Shown: positions 54,936 through 64,000 of the stretch, one piece after another
How positions within the stretch are numbered: the stretch's first letter is position 1
Layout of the letters: every line of letters begins with the position of its first letter
Assembly (NCBI GenBank): GCA_951406725.2
Contig: OX597835.1
Coordinates: 19,034,001-19,098,000 of the forward strand
Length of the DNA stretch: 64,000 nt
Source: Octopus vulgaris
Taxonomy: Eukaryota
Reading direction: 5' to 3'
The notes under the pieces: generated by a model
Seen by the model: only the letters and a program-made list of their open reading frames with translations
Told to the model about the DNA's origin: nothing
The model's database searches: none
Translations under genes and position numbers: made by a program

Positions 54936-55312
54936 AGGAATATAGCAGCCCCGTGTACGATGCGATAGTTATGTAGAATAGTTAAAACAGATATAATTGA
55001 TAAGAGGTATGTACATGCGTAGAATATTACTTAACAACATTCCATTTCGATATAAATGTGATATTTTAGATAAATAATTGAGTTTATTAATTCGAATTTC
55101 ATATCGTTTAAAAAAATTATATACGCTTAATAAATAGATTTAATGAATGTATGAAAATAACCTTACAATAATATTAAGGTGTTAGAATTGAAAAAAGTAT
55201 CAGTGAAAGATAACGTTTTATCACTTTCGCTAAATTAAACAATAACGAGAGATGAAACTTTTAATATAATATTTATCTGTTAATGTTATCCACCTTATAT
55301 ATACACACATAT

Positions 55313-55369
<57 letters not shown>

Positions 55370-55414
55370 CATATATACACATATATATATATGTGTATGT
55401 ATATACATATATAT

Positions 55415-55475
<61 letters not shown>

Positions 55476-55632
55476 TAGATGCATATATTTCTCTCTCTCT
55501 CTCTCTCTGTATATATATATATATATATATATATTTATACACACACACACATATATATATATATGTATATATGTGTGTGTAAATATATACGCACCTATAT
55601 ACATGTATATATCTATCTATATGCTATATATG

Positions 55633-55676
<44 letters not shown>

Positions 55677-55756
55677 TATATACATATATATATATGTATG
55701 TATATATATATGATTATGTCTATATCTATATAAATATGTATAGGTATATGTATATG

Positions 55757-55811
<55 letters not shown>

Positions 55812-56694
55812 GTATACACATACATTCAGCAACAATATTTAGCTCAAGATAATGGTAGAGAGCCCACACTAATGTCATATGGAACTACAAAAGGTGAACA
55901 TTAGATTTTCTCTTTTAGACCTAGCGAAAGCTTCAAGATCTCATTACTCTGAACGTGTAGCACATGAACTCGGAGTTCCCTTAAACGAAATAAGGAAACC
56001 TTTCTTTCCAAATATGATATAAGCCCTGACCAATATTTTTCCCTCTGCCTCTATGTTGACATAATTCTCTATATCTGTCCGTCTGGCTTTTTCAGGCCTG
56101 CTCCGGCCAAGATTTAGTAGCGCAATGCTGGATAGATGATCATCATCATTTTGGAGTTTCTACAGGAAGAGTAATAATACCATTAGATTTGTTGTTCCGA
56201 GGATATCTTATAGAACAATAGTTCCGGGACTTTTTCAGGCTGCCTCCCCCTTGGCACCCACGCCACACTGCTAGCCCTGCCGCCTCCCACTATCTTCACC
56301 ACAAAAAAAAAAAAAATAGACCACTTTTTGCTGCAAATTGGAAACAACTGAATTTCACCTGTTTTTCACAAAATTGGATCATAATTAACCTATTAATCAT
56401 TTTACATCTACCACTCCATTCTGGCCACACATTCCAATTTTTGTGTTCGAGGCATACTCCAACTCACAAAATGCCTTTTCTCTTCCAGTGAATGCCATTT
56501 CTATACCTGAAAATATAGACATATCAAACATTGAATATAAAATTTTTACCTGTTTCTACACATTCTGTTAAAATTTGAAGTCATTTTTGCAAGACCTGGC
56601 TAGATCACGATATCAAGTTTTTTGAAACGCCCTATATATATGCTCACATGTTCACACACACATTGCTATATATGCATGAAAATATACATTATAT

Positions 56695-57081
56695 GTGGAA
56701 GCACTCCGTCGGTTACGACGACGGGGGTTCCGGTTGATCCGAATCAACGGAACAGCCTGCTCGTTAAATAAACGTGTAAGTGGCTGAGCACTCCACAGAC
56801 ACGTGTACCCTTAACGTAGTTCTCGGGGATATTCAGCGTGACACAGAGAGTGACAAGGCCGGCCCTTTGAAATACAGGTACAACAGAAATAGGAAGTAAG
56901 AGTGAGAGAAAGTTGTGGTGAAAGTGTACAGCAGGGATCACCGCCATCCTCTGCCGGAGCCTCGTGGAGCTTTTAGGTGTTTTCGCTCAATAAACACTCA
57001 CAACGCCCGGTCTGGGAATCGAAACTGCGATCCTACGACCGCGAGTCCGCTGCCCTAACCAGTGGGCCATTGCGCCTCCAC
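56695..57081 (-). mobile_element. SINE family B, full length, tail type 1
   Basis: 11-bp TSD ATACATTATAT at 56684-56694 and 57082-57092. Confidence 0.9.
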
Positions 57082-57878
57082 ATACATTATATATATATGG
57101 GGGGGTATACATGTGTATGAGTGGGCATGTGAGTGTGTGTTTGCGTATGCATAATTATACACACACAGACAAACATACATACACGCGAGCACACACATGC
57201 GCATACACAAAAAACACGCGCGCACACACACACACATATCACCTCTCAGTCAGCTTGTAAGCAGAACTAACCCATGTTCTGGGACCTCAAGCGTGTCGTT
57301 AGTATCTTACCATTGAATAACGTGAAATGGAAATATGACAACCGAAATACATTGTGTTCTTATCTATTTGGTAATTCCAATTACATTGACATGACATCAT
57401 GTAGAAATGGTATCTACTACTTGGCACCGTGAACTGACTCTCAAACTGATTTACTTATTAAGAGTCCGTTTTGATCATCTGAACATTTTTTGAAATAGAA
57501 TATCGATTTTATCATTACTACTATGTTTTTCTCGTTTTCAATCGAAACGTTTTTGTACACACACACACACATATATATATGTATGTGTGTATGTATGTAT
57601 GTGTATATATATATATATATATTTTTTTTTTTTAAAGATAAATACATATATATATATACACATACATACATATACATACATACATACATACATACACACA
57701 TATATACATACATACATACATATACATATACATATATATATGTTGTCGGAATACATTTAAATAAAATTTCATCAATCTAAATGTCTGAATTATACAAGTT
57801 TTGTTGCTTTTATTGAGTTTATAATTTTCTGCACTGCTACCGACATATTTCAGAGTTTTTATTTTCTTTTCATTTATG

Positions 57879-57913
<35 letters not shown>

Positions 57914-58111
57914 TTTCCATTGGTTTCGGTTTCATATCCGCTTTATAACAGGTGGCTTGTATTTCTGATTAAAATTATGGTTCCAAAAGGAAATTAAGCA
58001 TGAATTTTATAGTTCGAAACCTTGTTTCTTTGAGTTCAGTCTCAATGTATTATCAATCAAACCCTATTGAGTAAAGCCGGTAGACTGAATCTAATTTTTC
58101 GTGGGTGCCTG

Positions 58112-58163
<52 letters not shown>

Positions 58164-58173
<10 letters not shown>

Positions 58174-58430
58174 TAAATTAGAGATAAAACCACTATTAGG
58201 CAAATCATACAATGAAAAACTTAAGCCAATACATAAGATTAATTAATTTATATTACTTAAATATATATCAAAATTATTAAAAAAGATAATTAATATAATA
58301 TTAATTATCTTTTTTAATAATTTTGATATACATTTAAGTAATATAAATTAATTAATCTTATGTATTGGCTTAAGTTTTCCATTGTATGATTTGCCTAATA
58401 GTGGTTTTATCCCTAATTTAATATAATATA
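58164..58430. repeat. Near-perfect palindrome with ~133-bp arms
   Basis: Centre at 58297; about 3 mismatches seen; lies within a (TA)n-bounded insert extending to about 58510. Confidence 0.95.
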
Positions 58431-58505
58431 ATATTTTACTATAAAATTGGATTCAATCCTAAATCTGCTTTTTCCATGTAAGTTTCGATTTATTCCCTAA
58501 TATTT

Positions 58506-58558
<53 letters not shown>

Positions 58559-58559
<1 letters not shown>

Positions 58560-58830
58560 AGGTTCCCACGCCAAGTCTTATTCAGACACCTCACTTCAGA
58601 AAAGAGATCACGAAGTTGTGCCCTTCGAAGATACACAGACCAACTCAAAGCAACTGTAAAAGCTACTGGGGCTGAGCCTAAATCATTTAAAATATAAGCC
58701 AGAGAGCGCACCAAGGTGCAGCTTTCCATCGCCATCGGATCCAAAGATTTCGAAGCCAACGGAAATGAAACAGAAGAAATAAAATGGCTGGAGGGAAAGG
58801 CCCGACAAAATCAACCTCGTTCTCCGGAAT
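58559..58830 (+). pseudogene. RTE-clade LINE ORF C-terminal fragment
   Basis: RFPRQVLFRHLTSEKRSRSCALRRYTDQLKATVKATGAEPKSF..*ARERT.VQLSIAIGSKDFEA matches the RLPKQ..GKR.RG...KRY.D.LK...A.DR..W post-RT region of RTE/BovB elements. Confidence 0.8.
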
Positions 58831-58862
58831 GACTTAAAATTTTCAATGGAAGAATTGGTTAT

Positions 58863-59090
58863 AGGCGCAGGAGTGGCTGTGTGGTAAGTAGCTTGCCTAC
58901 CAAGCACATGGTTCCGGGTTCAGTCCCACTACGTGGTACCTCGAGCAAGTGTTTTCTACTATAGCCTCGGGCCGACCAGGGTCCTCTGATTACAAAGAGG
59001 TTTACCAAGAAGAATCCCTGGTTTTGATTTTTTCGACTAAAAGCGGTGCTCCCGCGTGGCCGCTGCGAAATGGTTGAAACATAAGAAGAA
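58863..59090 (+). mobile_element. SINE family C with the centre deleted or replaced
   Basis: Intact head AGGCGCAGGAGTGGCTGTGTGGTAAG...GGGTTCAGTCCC; degenerate tail. Confidence 0.8.
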
Positions 59091-59126
59091 TATATGCTTA
59101 TATATTCATATATACAATATATATAT

Positions 59127-59237
<111 letters not shown>

Positions 59238-59436
59238 GAGAGAGAGAGAGAGAGATAACATATATACACATACCTACATGCAGGCATAGGGACAGAGAGA
59301 ATGATAAATAATTAGCTTAAGTTCGCGGCATACCGCAACTGCTGAACAGGTCCATTCATGGGTAGAATTGATGTCTTTGAGACAGGACCGTGAGCTTTGT
59401 ATCCGTGATCTCTTCGGACGCCCACAGGTCTGAATG

Positions 59437-59655
59437 TGGAGGCAGGGAGCTTAGCGTTTAGCTTGCTGCATTCGTGTTTGTAAGACTGTGGTTTCGATTC
59501 TTGCAGCGAGCCATGGTTTATTCTCTTGAGCACAGTAGTTCGTTTTACGTTGCTTCTATTTACACAGCATGCAAAAATGAGGAATTTTGCGATGGATCGG
59601 TGCCCAGTCCAGTGAGGAATATATATACGCCGCAAAATCCGGAAACCCGGTTTTA
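59437..59655 (+). mobile_element. Old degenerate tRNA SINE sharing tail type 3
   Basis: GTGGTTTCGATTC B box; TGCGATGGATCGGTGCCCAGTCCAG...ATACGCCGCAAAATCCGGAAACCCGG resembles the tail at 41696-41820. Confidence 0.55.
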
Positions 59656-60774
59656 TTAACTTATGATTCTTGAACGATATTTGATCTGTTCTTGAAATGG
59701 TCTTTTTTTTAAAAGGTCACCTCTGAAATAGGTCACTACCGATTTTAAAACCTACCCTGTACGTTATCGTAAGTAAGACGTAACGCAGAGAACTTGAGGT
59801 TATCTAAGTTTAATAATAATGCACTATATCCCTCTAAGTGTGACAAACACCCAGTTCTAAAAGCTGAATGGGGTTATAAGTATACCATGCAAGCAAAAAC
59901 ATCGCTAATATGTTCATTCTAAATAGTTTCATAGCGTAATGAAGGCACTAAACAATGACGTAAGAAGTCTTCAATTTTGCGCAATTCTACTTGTGGGTAT
60001 GTAACCAAAGAACTGCATGCTATGTGACACTATCGGGTAGGTCTCATTAGTACGAAAGAAGAAAATCAGATTTCTCTTGATCATTCAACAGAATAAAATG
60101 AGTCTTAATTACGCATAACCTTTTCAGAGAACAATGGAATTCATCAAAATTTTCAGATCATTGTCTCCTTTCCTTTATATGACTTAACAATCATAAACCA
60201 CCAACGATGCGATGACGAGCCCGAGGCTGTCTTACTTAACAGAAGCGTATTGGAATATCTGCATTTATCGGTGGGCTAGTTATTTTCAAACATCCCAGCC
60301 GTGCTAGAACAATTTGCTTATTAATAGCTTACACCGAATGCGTAACTGATTTTGTACGTTTGTTCTGTGAAAGGAATAGTATTGAGAGAAAATGTACCTA
60401 TTGTATGGAAAATAATATCTATATTTATATCACCCGTTTGTTTAAGAATACATTGATGGTGGTGAATATCGAAAAAGAAGAAAATTAATAGACGTGCTCT
60501 CATTAGGGAAATCTGAAATTTTATACGCACACACACACAAACACACATACTCCTATGTATATGTGTGTATATATATATATATAGTTATATATATATACGT
60601 ATAAATACATGTATATATATAAATACACACACACAAACGCATTTATATACAAGTATTTTATACACTCAAATGTCTTGCTCGCGCACAATGGTGGTTTTCC
60701 TTCCGTGTATATTTCATGCACAATTATATATATACTTGCATTCATAAATACACAAATACATACATACATACATA

Positions 60775-60888
<114 letters not shown>

Positions 60889-62548
60889 ATGTATGTATAT
60901 ATATAATCAAAATAAGCAACAAGGATATCCAGAGCTTATGCAGTACGATCGTTTCATGCGACTCCATTTAATTGAACAATGCAAATATAACATCAGTTTT
61001 AAAATGTAGGGCAATCTTCAGCTGCATAAAAATATGGAATTTAGTTAAATTCAAAGGATTCATTTCTATAGAAATTCTAGTAACCAAAATAAGTAGATAT
61101 ACAGAGAACACGTTTCGCCAACAACATCATAGTTGTTAATGATCAGTTATTATTTGATATCACGGTTTGTGTTTCATCTATATATTGTAATTAGTTATAA
61201 AGTTTTGGACTGCATGTGTATTTACAGAAGGCTATATAGGTGTATGTATATTACCAGTTCAAATATAGTGTATATATATACATGTATGTATGTGTATGTG
61301 TGCATGTGTGTATGTATATTTATAAATGTATATATATATATGTATACGTGGACACACACGAACACACACACACAAACGCACACACAAATATACACACACA
61401 CGTATACAGGTGATAATGGAACATCGTATTTTAAATCAGTGATTTCAAAGTCAACTCAGCTTAAGTTTTCAAAATTGCGGTGGTGGTGACTGTGTGCGGA
61501 ATATGTTAAGCTGTCATTTCACACTAAAATTACTAAAATTAAACAGATCAACTTCTATATAATTAAAAGTATAGCGACTGGGCTTGTTAATAAATAGCAA
61601 GATACGAATTGTATTTCTGCTAAGTTCAGCTGTTATGTGATTACCTTTTCATTATATTTCACACATCAATATCTATCATTATTATCTAACATATTACGCA
61701 ATAACCTACGATAAATGATGATTGTAATCTAATCTTAGTGAAATGTTATCTTCCTATCTCCATATTTATAGCAATTAACAACAACATATATAAAGAGAAG
61801 TTTTCCAACTCGTACGAAGATCAGATTTTATTTGTTTTGCATTATATAACGTTATATTGTCGTCGTTAGAAAACATCTTCAGGAATGACTTTCAAATCAG
61901 CGTACTTGAAACATAGTTGAATATATTGTTGCTGAGCAACATATATTTAAGAGATGTGATTACTATGAGCCCTGTTCAAACATCATTTATTCATTTAACG
62001 CCATATTAAACATATAAATAAAAAGTAAACTGATGTGAACAGTATGCAACTTGAATTTGAAATATTTGTAGTATCTCGTTAATATTTTAATGAGCCAAAT
62101 GTTTAAAATATTTTCACAAGCCTTTATTTCATACAACGGTTAATGATGAGAGTAAATACTATATATATAGCAGGTGAATTAAAACGGAGTATACTTCACA
62201 TAAGTATTCCAATTAAGAAGACATCATGTTTGGCGGATCTATCTAAAAGAGATAAACTTTGCTTAAATCACATCACATCTACTTAAACAAGTATGGGTAC
62301 GCCAATGATATCCCGAATGAAAGGAAACTGGTCCATTAAACGCCCACGTATTTAATCCACAAATGTTCAGAAATAAAACATAAGCATTAGGGATTAGATG
62401 TGTCATGATCAATAAAAATCAAATATTTCGCATGCGTATTATGTTTCCGCGAAAAAGTATGCAGAGGCAGGTGATGTCAGTCACCGCAGTATATATTATC
62501 CGACGCGATAATATATTGTCCGACGCGATAATATATTATCCGACGCGA

Positions 62549-63288
62549 AAGGCAGCGAGATGGCAGTAACGTTAGTACACCGGCCGAATTGCTTAGCGGT
62601 AATTCGTCTGTCGTTACGTTCTGAGTTCAAAATCCGCTGCGGTTGACTTTGCCTTTTATCCTTTCGGGGTCGATTAAATAAGTACCAGTTACGCAATGAG
62701 GTCTATATAATCGAGTTAATCTCTGTGTCTGTCCTTGTTTGTCCTCTCTGTGTTTAGCCCCTTGTGGGCAGTAAAGAAATAGGTATTTCGTCTGTCGCTA
62801 CGTTCTGAGTTCAAATTCCGCCGAGGTTGACTTTGCTTTTCAACCTTTCGGGGTTGATTAAATAAGTACCAGTTACGCACTGGTGTCGATGTAATCGATT
62901 TAGTCCTTTTGTCTGTCCCCTCTATCTGCAGCCCCTAGCGGGCAATAAAGAATTTTATATTGCAGTACAAATCGGCTACAATCTACGAATTGAGGTCAGC
63001 CGTTGACAATGATATGCAAAAGTACTATATAATCGACTTAATCCCTGTGTCTTTCCTTGTTTGTCCTCTCTGTGTTTAGCCCCTTGTGGCAGTTAAGAAA
63101 TAGGTATTTCGTCTGTCGTTACGTTCTGAGTTCAAATTCCGCCGAGGTCGACTTTGCTTTTCATCCTTTCGGTATCAATAAATTAACTACTAGTTACGCA
63201 CTGGGGTCGATTTAATCGACTTAATCCCTTTTTCTGTCCTTGTTTGTCTCCTCTATGTTTAGCCCCTTGTGGGCAATAAGGAAATAAG
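62549..63288 (+). mobile_element. SINE family A multimer (head plus ~3.5 units, ~70-bp internal insert)
   Basis: Junctions AAGAAATA|GGTATTTCG at about 62781 and 63102; flanking repeat AGTATATATTATCCGACG at 62488-62505 and 63287-63304. Confidence 0.9.
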
Positions 63289-63644
63289 TATATATTATCC
63301 GACGTTATTTGTCTTTCAGGGAGATCATCGCCACTCAAAACATGGTAATCAATGAGATCCTAATGAGCACATCCTTTCCGATAGGCGGCGCTACTAAATT
63401 CAACATCATCATCAGGGTCAGCATCATCGTTATCGTTCTCATACTCATACACATCGTTATCGTTAGCAATATCTATTTCTTCTTCTCCATCATCTTCTTC
63501 TTCTCCATCATCTTCTTCTTCTCCATCATCTTCTTTTTCTTCTCTTTCTTCTTCTTCTTCTTTCTTCTTCTTCTTCTCCTTTTTCTTTTTCTTCTTCTTC
63601 TTCTTCTTCTTCTTCTTCTTCTTCTTCTTCTACTCCTTCTTATT

Positions 63645-63833
63645 GTGCATGTTGGGTCGATAAGTAAGCACATTCCCTTTACTTTATCTATGATTGTAAT
63701 ATCTCTCTCCATGGTTTTGAGCAATATATTTCCTCTAGCCTACCATTTATACCAAGACAAAACATATATAGTAACACTTCCAGTCAGTTAAGATGAGATG
63801 CAACGAGAGCAAGGGCCTTGTACTGTACCAGGG
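63645..63833 (-). mobile_element. R4/Dong-like LINE remnant
   Basis: 63705-63833 is homologous to 38746-38875. The adjoining translation RDITIIDKVKGMCLLIDPT resembles the RPD(I)xxxDK....C.LIDx RLE endonuclease motif. Confidence 0.5.
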
Positions 63834-64000
63834 CAGCAGTTTCACCATCAACCTAACCATCGCTAATTGAGCAAGCATCATCACAATCACAAACCATGTG
63901 ATTTATAAAAGTTAATCATCACCTCTATCGTCACAACACTCCTCCCTAACTTCACCAGAACTACCAACACCACCATCACCAACGCTATCATCACCAACGC

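Noticed and set aside
62491-62548. Short direct repeats resembling CRISPR
   Set aside because: No spacers, no cas genes, eukaryotic context.

Overview
AT-rich eukaryotic genomic DNA, almost entirely non-coding and very rich in microsatellites ((TA)n, (CA)n, (GATA)n, (GAA)n, (ATC)n, (CAC)n). The repeat landscape looks like a coleoid cephalopod (Octopus-like); this is an inference from the repeats, not a database result. Nearly all supplied ORFs are microsatellite artefacts. Supported content: (i) many copies of at least four tRNA-derived SINE families, labelled A, B, C and E here; (ii) three non-autonomous Helitrons; (iii) decayed fragments of Tx1/L1, RTE, R4/Dong-like, Penelope-like and Tc1/mariner elements; (iv) short (TA)n-embedded elements carrying minimal type-I hammerhead-ribozyme (HHR) motifs of the Penelope type, including a core variant shared by two copies; (v) one 75-nt minus-strand candidate exon resembling the MFS transporter SLC18B1, with no partner exons recognisable. 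Notable architecture: SINE tail swapping, head-to-tail SINE multimers, a 123-bp target-site duplication (TSD), a local templated copy fused to a truncated SINE, and two long palindromes. No complete gene, rRNA, bona fide tRNA or CRISPR array was found. Boundaries of degenerate repeats are approximate.
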